Assembly (NCBI GenBank): GCA_016928395.1 | Contig: JAFGKV010000114.1 | Location: forward strand, 16,525 to 80,524 | Length of the DNA stretch: 64,000 nucleotides | Source of the DNA: Candidatus Fermentibacterota bacterium | Lineage (GTDB): Bacteria > JAFGKV01 | Reading direction: 5' to 3' | Shown here: in pieces, positions 9,238 to 18,240 of the stretch | Position numbering within the stretch: the first letter of the stretch is position 1 | Layout: each line of letters opens with the position of its first letter | Program-made: the position numbers and the translations under genes | Notes under the pieces: generated by a model | What the model was told of the DNA's origin: nothing | What the model saw: the letters and a program-made list of their open reading frames with translations, nothing else | Database searches by the model: none

Positions 9238-10956
9238 ATGGCTCCCATCAGACTACTAAGCGAGCGTGTCATCAATCAGATCGCGGCAGGTGAAGTGATT
9301 GAGCGACCGGCTTCTGTGGTGAAGGAATTGGTCGAGAACTCCCTGGACGCTGGCGCGGAGTCGGTGACCGTCGAGGTGGACCGAGGCGGCACGCGACTGA
9401 TCCGTGTCAGCGACAATGGAGCCGGCATGTCCCGCGATAGTGCGCTGTTGTGCTTCGAGCGTCACGCCACCAGCAAGATCGTCACTGAGCATGACCTGTT
9501 CTCCGTGTCCAGTCTGGGATTCCGGGGAGAAGCCCTGGCCGCCATTGCGGCCGTGGCGAGGGTGGAGATTGAGACAGCGGAACACGACGCTCCAATCGGA
9601 ACGAGAGTCGCCCTGTCGGCTGGCGCCGTGGATGCCGTGGAGGATAGTGCGCGGCCGCCGGGCACCACCATCGCGGTGCGCCACCTCTTCTTCAATGTCC
9701 CGGTTCGCCGTGGGTTCCTTCGCAGCGTTGAGAGCGAGACGCGGGCAGTCATGGATGTCGTGTTCCGTATCGCCATAGCCAGGCCCGCGGTGCAGTTTCG
9801 CCTCGTGGTTGAGGGCCGGGAAGTATGGAATATGCCGCCAGTGGGCGATATGAAGGGACGGCTGCACCAGCTTATCGGGGCACAGCGAACTGATGAGCTC
9901 ATCCCCGTGCGGGCCTTGGCCCCCGGTGTCGCGGTGGAGGGGTTCGTGGGCGTACAGGCGGCCGCACGTTACAGCAGGCGCCAGCAGGTGGTGGCCATCA
10001 ACGGCAGGCCGGCGGATGCCCCTATCATACGCGCGGCGCTGGTGGAGCTGTTGCAGGGAGGAGGAGGAGGCCGGGCGGAGGCATACCTCTCACTGAGAAT
10101 CGATCCCTCGGCAGTCGATGTGAACGTGCATCCGGCCAAGCGCGAGGTGCGGTTCCGCGAGCCGGGCCGTATCCGCGCGGCCCTGGCCGCCGCCATCAAG
10201 GATGCTGCCGTGCGCGCAGGTACCCTAGCCCAGGAGTATCCAGTATCCACCGACGGTATGACACTGCAGAGGTCACCACAGCCCCGCTCCGCGGAGTTTC
10301 TGAGTCTTGTGGCGGAGGAGAGCGTCGCCTGGGAACACCTCGCCCGGTCCGAGGCTCCCACCGCGGGTAGCACCCGTGACACCCCGCCACGGGGCATCCC
10401 GCTCATCCAAATCGCCCGGACCTTCGTGGTCGCCAGGGTAGGCGATACGCTGACGGTATTTGACCAGCACGCCTGCCATGAGCGGATCATGTATGAAGAG
10501 ACTCTGAAACGATTGGCCGGCACCAGAGGCATGGCGCAACAGCTCCTCTTCCCCATCACGGTGGACCTGACCCCGCAGGAGCTCTCTCTGGCGCAGGAGT
10601 ATGAAGAGGAGCTTCGATTAGTCGGATTCGAGATCCGTCAGTTCGGCAGGGCCACAGTTATCGTGGAGGCGGTCCCGGCGGACTTCCAGGGAGAGGTGAA
10701 CGAAGAGCTGGTCCGCCAAGTGCTGGCAGGAATCGGGGAAGAGAAGGGAGCCATGGGCGGCCGGCATCACAGGGTTGCCAGCAGCATCGCATGTCATGCC
10801 TCCGTGCGTGCGGGCGACGCGCTACGCGACGAGCAGATGCGTGATCTGATCGATCGTCTCCTGGCTACCGAGGCGCCCCACACCTGTCCCCATGGTCGCC
10901 CGACCTTCATCCAGATTACCGCCCAAGAGCTGGAACGACGTTTCCAACGGGTCTGA
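9238..10956 (+). CDS. mutL: DNA mismatch repair protein MutL
   Basis: GHKL ATPase N-terminus MAPIRLLSERVINQIAAGEVIERPASVVKELVENSLDAGA. The start was chosen at the Met just after the mutS stop; the ORF track extends upstream to 8995 in the same frame. C-terminal dimerisation domain. Confidence 0.9.
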   Translation: MAPIRLLSERVINQIAAGEVIERPASVVKELVENSLDAGAESVTVEVDRGGTRLIRVSDNGAGMSRDSALLCFERHATSKIVTEHDLFSVSSLGFRGEALAAIAAVARVEIETAEHDAPIGTRVALSAGAVDAVEDSARPPGTTIAVRHLFFNVPVRRGFLRSVESETRAVMDVVFRIAIARPAVQFRLVVEGREVWNMPPVGDMKGRLHQLIGAQRTDELIPVRALAPGVAVEGFVGVQAAARYSRRQQVVAINGRPADAPIIRAALVELLQGGGGGRAEAYLSLRIDPSAVDVNVHPAKREVRFREPGRIRAALAAAIKDAAVRAGTLAQEYPVSTDGMTLQRSPQPRSAEFLSLVAEESVAWEHLARSEAPTAGSTRDTPPRGIPLIQIARTFVVARVGDTLTVFDQHACHERIMYEETLKRLAGTRGMAQQLLFPITVDLTPQELSLAQEYEEELRLVGFEIRQFGRATVIVEAVPADFQGEVNEELVRQVLAGIGEEKGAMGGRHHRVASSIACHASVRAGDALRDEQMRDLIDRLLATEAPHTCPHGRPTFIQITAQELERRFQRV

Positions 10957-10959
10957 GTG

Positions 10960-11470
10960 CAGGACGGTCTGTAGTTGGCTATCGGCTGTCGGCTATCAGG
11001 CCCGCCCAGCGCTACCAGAAACCGTTGCCCTCGTAGGGGCAACCGTCTCTGGTCGCCCGTGGGGCCGGGATGGGGTTTGCTATCGCAATCGCTATCGGTA
11101 TCGAGAGACGCGGTCCCGTGAACGAGTACGTGAACGAGTACGAGTACGAGTGCTAGTACGCAGTCGGGATGTACTCTCACACGAGTTCTCAGTTGTCAGT
11201 AAGGCCTCTGGATGCGAGAGCACCCAGGTTTTCGATGTGGAGAGTACGGCCGGCTGTTGGCTATCGGCTCTCAGCTATCGGTTCTCAGCTATCGGCTGTC
11301 AGCTATCGGCTGTCAGCTATCGGCTGTCAGCTATCGGCTGTCAGCTATCGGCTGTTAGCTATCGGCTGTTAGCTATCGGCTGTTAGCTCACTCCTATCTC
11401 CTCACTCAGGGTCGGTATCGGTATCGTAATTGACGAGCTGGGGCAGTCGAGCACGAGTATGTGTACGAGC
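10960..11470. repeat. Mosaic intergenic repeat element, copy A (contains hairpin GTTGCCCTCGTAGGGGCAAC and a 14-bp tandem array)
   Basis: Modules X (ggctatcgg...caggcccgcccagcgctaccagaaaccgttgccctcgtaggggcaaccgtctctggtcgcccg), Y (ggtatcgagag...gagtacgagtacgagtg) and Z (cagtaaggcctctggatgcgagagcacc...gagagtacggcc) recur at 35790-36010, 54596-54775 and, inverted, 56585-56895. Spurious ORFs translated across it mirror each other (for example RPALPETVALVGATVSGRPWG vs RPALRGTVAVAGATVYGRPQG). Confidence 0.8.
11250..11395. repeat. 14-bp tandem repeat array (cagctatcggctgt), about 10 copies, inside repeat copy A
   Basis: Direct reading: cagctatcggctgt x5, then tagctatcggctgt x3, preceded by degenerate copies (cagctatcggttct, ggctatcggctct). 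No spacers, so not CRISPR. Confidence 0.85.
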
Positions 11471-11818
11471 ATTGCATCGACTCTCGCACAGGTTCCGGCC
11501 CCGGGCCTTGCCCTGCTCATACATAGGGAGACTTCTAGGGTTGCCGCGTGAAGTCACAGGTTAGGTGTACTAAACTCTGAACCTGGACCCTCTCTCGTAG
11601 TCCGCTCCCGCCACGCGTCGCTCCTCTCTCACAGTCGAAACCCCTCCGCTCCCCTGTTCCTGCCCGCGCGGCGCCGAGTGGCACTCTATTTGCGTAACTC
11701 ACCTCCGACAGGGCGATATCGGTGTGCGGGCGACTGGGTCGTCGCAGAATGCAACGGCAGTCCCGCAACTTTCCGGGCGAGGGGCAGTAATCCTGATCCC
11801 CAGAAGACCTCACGGACC

Positions 11819-13000
11819 ATGAGGATGGCGATGCGCATACACAAGCCGCTCGAACTCTGCCGGGTTGACCGTGCGTTGATTTTGGCCGCCCTGCCCATGC
11901 TGTTCTATGCGGTGGGCACGGCAGTAGTGGCCCGTGACCTCCAATCCCACCTGCCGTCCGGTCCTTCCCGGCTGGTCTTCTCGTCGGCCGTCGACTGGGC
12001 ATTGGGCGTGGTAGCCGGATATGCTGTTCTCATCGCACTCGGTGTTGTGCTGCGTCACCGATCGCCATCGAGCGGTGTCTTCGTGTACATGACCCTGGTC
12101 TACTTCGCCATCAATAACGCGATTCTGGCCACGTTCATCGGGCCACTCTCCAGCCCGCCCTGGCTCTCCATCCTGGGGCTGGCAGTACTAGGCCTTCTCC
12201 TCCTGGGTTCCCGGGAAGTCTTCACCAGTATCAGCATCTACCTGGTGGCATTGGGCCTCATCCATGCGCTGGGGACGACCGGCAGGCTTCCTTACCGGTA
12301 CATCTTCGAGGAAGGCGCGGCGCCTTCGTGGTGGATGTGGCGGATGGCAGTGGTCACCATTGCCAATACCGTGATCATCGTTCTGGTTACCGCCTATGTC
12401 GTTGCGGCATGGCAGCGGCGGGAATCCAGTTTCCGCGATCTTTCCAACCAGGATGATCTCACCGGCGTGGGGAATCGCCGCTTTCTCAGCCATGCTCTGC
12501 GCACTGAATTCTCCCGCGCCCGCCGCTATGGCCGGGAGATGACCTACGCCATTGTCGATCTTGACCACTTCAAGCGTGTGAATGACCGGCACGGCCATCC
12601 CATTGGAGACTTCGTTCTCAGGGCAACGGCAAAGGCTTTGACCGCCTCCACGCGGGAAAGCGACACGGTCGCCCGCTGGGGAGGCGATGAGTTTGTGCTG
12701 CTCTTGCCCGAAACAGGCGTGTCAGGTGCACAGGAACTGGCCGAACGGTGCAGAGCCGCCATTCGCGCGACCGTGGCCGCCGAGACGGGGATAGGGATCA
12801 CCAGCAGCGTCGGCATCGCCTCAATGCGCCACGAGGGTCTTCACTCCCCGGATGATCTGGCTCGGATCGCGGACACAGCCCTGTACGCGGCCAAGCAGGC
12901 CGGTCGGAATCGCGTGGTGATCGCCGCCGAGCCGGCGAAAGACGGCGTCGTCACCTTTCCTCGAATCGTCTCTCAGAATCCGCGCCCCAACGCTATGTGA
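11819..13000 (+). CDS. Membrane-anchored diguanylate cyclase (GGDEF domain)
   Basis: Six or so N-terminal TM helices, then a GGDEF domain: GVGNRRFLSHAL...YAIVDLDHFKRVNDRHGHPIGDFVL...RWGGDEFVLLLPE (intact GGDEF motif). Start placed at an internal Met cluster (MRMAMRI); the ORF begins at 11678. Confidence 0.75.
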   Translation: MRMAMRIHKPLELCRVDRALILAALPMLFYAVGTAVVARDLQSHLPSGPSRLVFSSAVDWALGVVAGYAVLIALGVVLRHRSPSSGVFVYMTLVYFAINNAILATFIGPLSSPPWLSILGLAVLGLLLLGSREVFTSISIYLVALGLIHALGTTGRLPYRYIFEEGAAPSWWMWRMAVVTIANTVIIVLVTAYVVAAWQRRESSFRDLSNQDDLTGVGNRRFLSHALRTEFSRARRYGREMTYAIVDLDHFKRVNDRHGHPIGDFVLRATAKALTASTRESDTVARWGGDEFVLLLPETGVSGAQELAERCRAAIRATVAAETGIGITSSVGIASMRHEGLHSPDDLARIADTALYAAKQAGRNRVVIAAEPAKDGVVTFPRIVSQNPRPNAM

Positions 13001-14589
13001 ACGCGACCCTGGAGCGGATCACTCCCGCGGGGCACGCCGTAGGCTAGTTCGATCATGCCCACTGTGGTGCGAGCCATGATACCCATCCCGACCCCCAGCA
13101 GTCCTTCATGGCGCTCACCCACTTGATACACGCCACAGTCGACAAACGCGAAAAGTGATGATGCACCGCGCGATACGCGATGCAACTCCATCACGATCCA
13201 CCCGGCGCTCTCTGTACGGAATTGGGCTTCACGGTAGCCGCGCACGGTCCGTGCGCCACCCACCGAGAAGCGCTCGGGAAGCGGAAGCTCCTGACCTCCG
13301 TGTACGGCATGCCGCGCAGCACCACGAAGGACTGCCAGGATCCCCGACCCGAGCCCCAGCGATCGCCGGACGTCGACCTCGACACGTACGACAGGCGTCA
13401 CGATCTCTGAGGCAATCTCACGCAGTTCCTGGTACCCGACCCTCAGACTCACCCAGGATCCCGTGGGAGGGACATCGTCGCCATGCTCCCTGTTCCAGAT
13501 TCCCTTTCCCCACGCCTCATCCGCCCTGGTTGAGGCAAGAGGGGCCCCTTCGCCCGGAATCACCCGCCGGCCACGATACCCGATGTAGCCCCTGAAGCTG
13601 CCTCCGAGGTCCCAACCAAGGGCGACCGTTCCATCCCGCTCCACCCAGAGGGTGTCTTCCACCACCTGATTGATGCCGATCTCCAGCGACGGCGGCAACC
13701 CAAGAATCCACGGCTCACGGTACGTCAGCGCCAAGTCGGTTCGCCCAGCGCCACGGGCTTCCCATCGGAACGATGCTTCCCGGGCCGTGCCCGCGATGTT
13801 GCGAAATGCGGCCTGCACACTGCCCACCACCGCGCCGTCCCTTGCAAGACCCACCGCGCCCCGGGCTGTATGGGTAACCCGCTCCACCAGGGGAAACCGC
13901 ACCACAACTCCACCAGGGTCGATGCCGCGCAGAAGTACGGGTTCACCAACCGAGGAGTAGTACCCGGTTTCTCGCAGTCGAGCCACCGCACGATCCATGC
14001 CGCTCTGACGGTACGGCATGCCTGGCCTGATTCCCGCCAGTTTCGACACTACGGAAGCTCTCGTTCTCACAGAATCCGATACCTCGATGCGCTCGATGAC
14101 ACTCCGCGGGCCTGCAGTCGCGCCGACGCGCAACGTCACCATCCCGGCACTGCTGTCCACATCCACATGTCGAACGCCGAGAGAAACAAATGGAAACCCC
14201 GCCTCCTCATGCGCTCCGAGGAGTGTGCTCAGCCTCGCAGTGACGACGCCTGCCTCCCACGGACTCCCTGCCAGATCCTGCAACCGCAGCACTGCATCAG
14301 CGGCATCCGACGAGGCGCCATCCACCACGATACGAGCCACAGTGTATCGCCGCCCGGGAACAAGGCGAAGCGTACGCACGCCTTCCGCCGCGGTGGTCTC
14401 GAATCGTGCCTCGAAAAAACCGTTCCTGCCCAATTCGACCAGTATATCCTCCTTGACGCAGGATTCCCGCCCACTCTCGGTGGTGTCGGCACATGGGGCA
14501 GCGAATCGGGAGGCGGCCGACTCCGGTAGGATGTCACTCATCTCCCACACGGTGGCCATGAGCCCCATCGCTACGACTGCGCAGATCAT
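12973..14589 (-). CDS. Omp85/BamA-TamA family outer-membrane protein
   Basis: Signal-like N-terminus MICAVVAMGLMATVW. Long soluble POTRA-like region followed by a beta-rich C-terminus ending ...VHIALGRGF (terminal Phe typical of OM barrels). The start ATG shares one nt with the upstream stop (TGATG at 14587-14591). Confidence 0.6.
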   Translation of the reverse strand: MICAVVAMGLMATVWEMSDILPESAASRFAAPCADTTESGRESCVKEDILVELGRNGFFEARFETTAAEGVRTLRLVPGRRYTVARIVVDGASSDAADAVLRLQDLAGSPWEAGVVTARLSTLLGAHEEAGFPFVSLGVRHVDVDSSAGMVTLRVGATAGPRSVIERIEVSDSVRTRASVVSKLAGIRPGMPYRQSGMDRAVARLRETGYYSSVGEPVLLRGIDPGGVVVRFPLVERVTHTARGAVGLARDGAVVGSVQAAFRNIAGTAREASFRWEARGAGRTDLALTYREPWILGLPPSLEIGINQVVEDTLWVERDGTVALGWDLGGSFRGYIGYRGRRVIPGEGAPLASTRADEAWGKGIWNREHGDDVPPTGSWVSLRVGYQELREIASEIVTPVVRVEVDVRRSLGLGSGILAVLRGAARHAVHGGQELPLPERFSVGGARTVRGYREAQFRTESAGWIVMELHRVSRGASSLFAFVDCGVYQVGERHEGLLGVGMGIMARTTVGMIELAYGVPRGSDPLQGRVHIALGRGF

Positions 14590-17500
14590 CAGAAGTACGC
14601 TACCAATTCCATCGAACCTTCTCGCACTTTGCCCCTGCCCGCCTCTGATCCGACGCTCAGGCTCATGGTCAAGGTCAACTTCTCCTGTATCTTGTGTTCG
14701 CCCCCAACCTTGATGAGACGGGAGAAACCCTCTTGATCCACGCGGCGCAGCAATGGAGCCAACGCAGACCACGGCCCATCGGCCCGGCGCCATGCAAGCT
14801 CACCATCGATGCGGAACCGTCCTCTCCCGGGCAACGCCAGCCGAAGCCCGGGTGTGACCACGGCCGCATGGAGCACGGCCTCGGTCGCTTCTCTGCTCTC
14901 GCCCGCCACTTCTCGGACAACGTCTTCCCGGGAGAGCTCGCCGCTTCCCACCACATCCAACCGGCCTGTTAGGGGCAGAGAAACAGCCGGCGAGAATCCC
15001 CAGGTCTTCGACCTCGCCACCACCGTGCTTCCTCCTGAGAGCGCGGGACTCTCCCGTTCCTCGGATGAGGCGCGATACACGGCCATGTCGGTGGAAATCA
15101 TCTTCCATCTCGCTCCCCTCGCCCGCACGGCGCATCGCGTCTGATGACGCCTGGTGCGCTGGTCTACCCGCCGGTTATCCGCATCGGCAGCGTAGGCGAA
15201 CTGGGTTGCGATGGCGAACTCGCCGCCCGCGGGCCGAACCTGCATGCTGCCGTCTATTCGACTCACGCGCCGTAGTGTCGTGGAATCGCACTTCACTACT
15301 GCAGGGCGCAACAGGTAGAGATCCGTTCTCCTGTCTGACCGGCTGGTGACCTGGATACGACCGGTCACGTCAGCATTGATGCGCCGTCGCCACTCCGGGC
15401 CACGGCCCCCTGGTGCCAGGCGGAGCCCAACGATCCCCTCCACCAAATCTGTCCTCTCGGCGCCCCCGGAGGGCACCAAGACCTTTTTGTGAGTACCCAG
15501 TTCTGTGCCCACCCACGTTCCCAACGAATCATACTCGCCCACATTGGTCTCCCACGATTCCTCCGGGACCAGTTCTTCGACGAGCTGTTCCGATTGTCGG
15601 CCCGAGATCTTGTAGTCCAGCTCCAGCCTGGGCCCCCAGGACACCGGCAGTGCGGATACCCGTGCGGTGCCCAGAGAGGACACAATGTCCTCGGGCAGAA
15701 CCTTGCCTTGATCCGCCAAGAGCATCCGGTAGGCAGTGGCATAGCGGAGCCGGGTGTGGTTGAAGTCAACCCTGGCCGTCGCCTTGACACCCGCGTTCCC
15801 CGCCACGCCTATCTCCCACCACCGTCCTGACGAGCTGCGCATCCATGCGTCGGGATCCGTGATATGCTCTTTGGTGATTCGGCTGCCGGTTACCACCCTT
15901 GCCGTTGTAGCGGAGCGGCCGATTCGTGCGCCCGCGCCGATATCCATGTACCCCCGGCCCGAGAGCCCGCTGTTCGCCTCTCCCTTCCACATCACGAGAG
16001 GACTCCAGAAACCGAAAGGACGATCCAGCGCGCCGTCGGTCCACCACCGCGTGTCGTCTTTGGCCACTGATCGATTGAAGCGCCCAGTCATTGAATAACC
16101 GCCCGGACCCAGAATCGTCCCGGTCACTTGAGCCCGGCGGGATACTGTCGTCCCCCGGCGCATTCCACCGAGCACGAGGCCGAGGCGACCGTCCCGGGGC
16201 AGCCCGAAGGATAGATCCAGCGTGGCTTCGTCCTCGGAGCCAGTGTCGTCGATACCGCTCCAATCCCGTGTCCATTCCACCGGCCTGGCGCGGCCGGGCG
16301 TCGCGAATCCCGCTCCCTGAGACCGCCACGTTGCGCCCCCCTGCCACCACGGAAAGACTCCTCCCCCACCATGCGCCGACAGATGGGCGTACACTGCGCC
16401 CTGGGTATTGTCCCGGTCATCCCGTGAGGATAAGGTATTAGCATCCCGTACCCCCGCCGCTGCCTCTACATCCAGACGCATGCTGTCCTCTCCCACGCGA
16501 ATACCGACAACCGCGCTTTCGTGCGACCGGGGTGCCTGTACGGTTCGCCAGGCCACGTAGTCCCCGTGCCCGGGCCCGACATATGCCCAAAAGGCGGCGT
16601 CAACGCGCACATAGTCGCCTCCTGCATCACGGTAGAACGTCGCCTCAAAGGCCCCGGCGCCCCCCCCGAGCGAGCTGATCCGCCCCATGTCCACGGGAGT
16701 GTGCGGCGCCCGCGGGATCTCCCCCCCCCGCACTAAGATCACATCCTCACGGCGGTCGTATGCGCCTGCGCCCGTGCTTTCGGCTCGGGCTGCGAAAGGC
16801 CCGCCGCCCGGACCGTAGTACTCGAAACGCGAGCCGACCCGGCGATAGGAGCCCGAGGCCCCGACCGAATCGAACACTGCGTCCCATCCTCCCCCATCGT
16901 GGGGCACGAGAAAGCCAACGTGCAGGGTGTCATACGTGCCCGCGTTCAATCCGACAAACCGGTAGGTGGGCGCCCTGGCCCGTTCGGGATCGTCGCCCGC
17001 GGCCCCCAGCACCGCCCGCTCCTCCTCACCCAGAATCCAGTCCATGGGCTGGGATGCATCGTCTGCTTCACGAAACGCTGCGAATCGTATGGTTATTGCG
17101 TCGGAGATGCTGCGGACTGCCGTTGCCAGGTACACGGTGCGACGGTAGCTCTCCGCGGTGTACTGGAAGTCGACGCTGATGCGCGACAGTCCGGTAATTG
17201 GGCGGCGCTCGGTAAACGTCACCTCGCCAGTCGAATAGTCGATGGTGTAGTCCTTGTCACTGCCTCGGGCCACGGGCGATCCGTCGACCCAGACCCGTTC
17301 CGTTCCCGCCAGGATGACGACGGTACTGGCCCCGCCAGAGAGATGGCGCGCCAGGTAGTAGGGACCTTGGGCGCCGTCGATGCCGGTGAATTCGACACTC
17401 ACGAAGGTCCCCCCGGTGGAAGCCGCAGCCACGTCTCCGGACCACTGCCCGTGGGCCAGCGTACCGGCAACGCCCTGCATCTTTCTCTCAAGGCTCAAGA

Positions 17501-18194
17501 ACCTGAACCCTTCTGTGGCGATGGCGCAATCGCCCACGCTAAGACTGCTCTCCTTCCGCTTCAGCTCGATGACCACACGGTCAATGTCACGCAGCTCCTG
17601 GGTCGTGCCCTGAGGCTGGATGGGCGTACTCTGGTCACTCAGTGAGGCGGTGACCTCCACGTCGCCCGCCAGCCTCCCCTGAAGCTGTACCTGTAATGCC
17701 TGGTCAAGGCTGGGATCTTTGCCTGAGCCGAACCGTACGCCGATGGTCTTGGTGCCGGCGACCTGGAGGGAATGCTCGGACGAGAGATCGGCGGGGTATT
17801 CCGTGGCGGGAGCGGCCGCCGTCACTGCCACAATCTCTTCACCCGGCGAAGGCAAAGCGCGGCGCTGGAGGTGAACCGGTATGCCCAACGGCAGAAAACG
17901 ATACTGGATGCGTACCGTGCTTTCGGCCATGCTGGGGAGGAAGTGAATGCGATTGCGGAAGTCAAGACGAAACCCAGCGCCGGCGGAGAGAAGAGAGTCG
18001 GCCGCCCACACCACGACGGATTCGCCCACGACAAAGGAATCCGGCAGCGCCACCTCCCGAGGCACCGGTGGTCCTAATGCGATAACCCTCTGGATCCCTG
18101 GCGCCGCCTGGGCATTGAGCCCGAGGAAAAGCAGAAGGATGCAACAACGGATAGCCCAGCCCCTGCCTGACGGCGCCCGTTCTTCCCTGTCCAC
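14589..18194 (-). CDS. Giant (~1200 aa) exported W/G/R-rich beta-type protein of unknown family; C-terminal ...ELVAYF
   Basis: ORF 14589..18641. A probable GTG start near 18194 gives signal peptide (M)DREERAPSGRGWAIRCCILLLFLGLNAQA|AP. No motif recognisable to me. Terminal aromatic residue and abundant alternating aromatic/Gly segments suggest an OM beta-barrel or beta-rich exported protein. Confidence 0.5.
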   Translation of the reverse strand: MDREERAPSGRGWAIRCCILLLFLGLNAQAAPGIQRVIALGPPVPREVALPDSFVVGESVVVWAADSLLSAGAGFRLDFRNRIHFLPSMAESTVRIQYRFLPLGIPVHLQRRALPSPGEEIVAVTAAAPATEYPADLSSEHSLQVAGTKTIGVRFGSGKDPSLDQALQVQLQGRLAGDVEVTASLSDQSTPIQPQGTTQELRDIDRVVIELKRKESSLSVGDCAIATEGFRFLSLERKMQGVAGTLAHGQWSGDVAAASTGGTFVSVEFTGIDGAQGPYYLARHLSGGASTVVILAGTERVWVDGSPVARGSDKDYTIDYSTGEVTFTERRPITGLSRISVDFQYTAESYRRTVYLATAVRSISDAITIRFAAFREADDASQPMDWILGEEERAVLGAAGDDPERARAPTYRFVGLNAGTYDTLHVGFLVPHDGGGWDAVFDSVGASGSYRRVGSRFEYYGPGGGPFAARAESTGAGAYDRREDVILVRGGEIPRAPHTPVDMGRISSLGGGAGAFEATFYRDAGGDYVRVDAAFWAYVGPGHGDYVAWRTVQAPRSHESAVVGIRVGEDSMRLDVEAAAGVRDANTLSSRDDRDNTQGAVYAHLSAHGGGGVFPWWQGGATWRSQGAGFATPGRARPVEWTRDWSGIDDTGSEDEATLDLSFGLPRDGRLGLVLGGMRRGTTVSRRAQVTGTILGPGGYSMTGRFNRSVAKDDTRWWTDGALDRPFGFWSPLVMWKGEANSGLSGRGYMDIGAGARIGRSATTARVVTGSRITKEHITDPDAWMRSSSGRWWEIGVAGNAGVKATARVDFNHTRLRYATAYRMLLADQGKVLPEDIVSSLGTARVSALPVSWGPRLELDYKISGRQSEQLVEELVPEESWETNVGEYDSLGTWVGTELGTHKKVLVPSGGAERTDLVEGIVGLRLAPGGRGPEWRRRINADVTGRIQVTSRSDRRTDLYLLRPAVVKCDSTTLRRVSRIDGSMQVRPAGGEFAIATQFAYAADADNRRVDQRTRRHQTRCAVRARGARWKMISTDMAVYRASSEERESPALSGGSTVVARSKTWGFSPAVSLPLTGRLDVVGSGELSREDVVREVAGESREATEAVLHAAVVTPGLRLALPGRGRFRIDGELAWRRADGPWSALAPLLRRVDQEGFSRLIKVGGEHKIQEKLTLTMSLSVGSEAGRGKVREGSMELVAYF

Positions 18195-18240
18195 CGCGCC
18201 TAAACCGTTCCGTCCACGGAACCGCGGGCGCGCCGTCGCG

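Noticed and set aside
10892-11386. ORFs translated across repeat elements (10892..11386+, 10794..11180-, 56471..56896-, 56452..56742+, 54311..54664-, 54368..54562+)
   Set aside because: Their similarity to each other reflects the underlying nucleotide repeat. The products are low-complexity (RYRYRE, SVSVS, PIPIPIP, HPSIHP) and the regions are intergenic.
11250-11395. Possible CRISPR array
   Set aside because: The 14-bp units are contiguous with no spacers and the period is too short. It is a plain tandem repeat.
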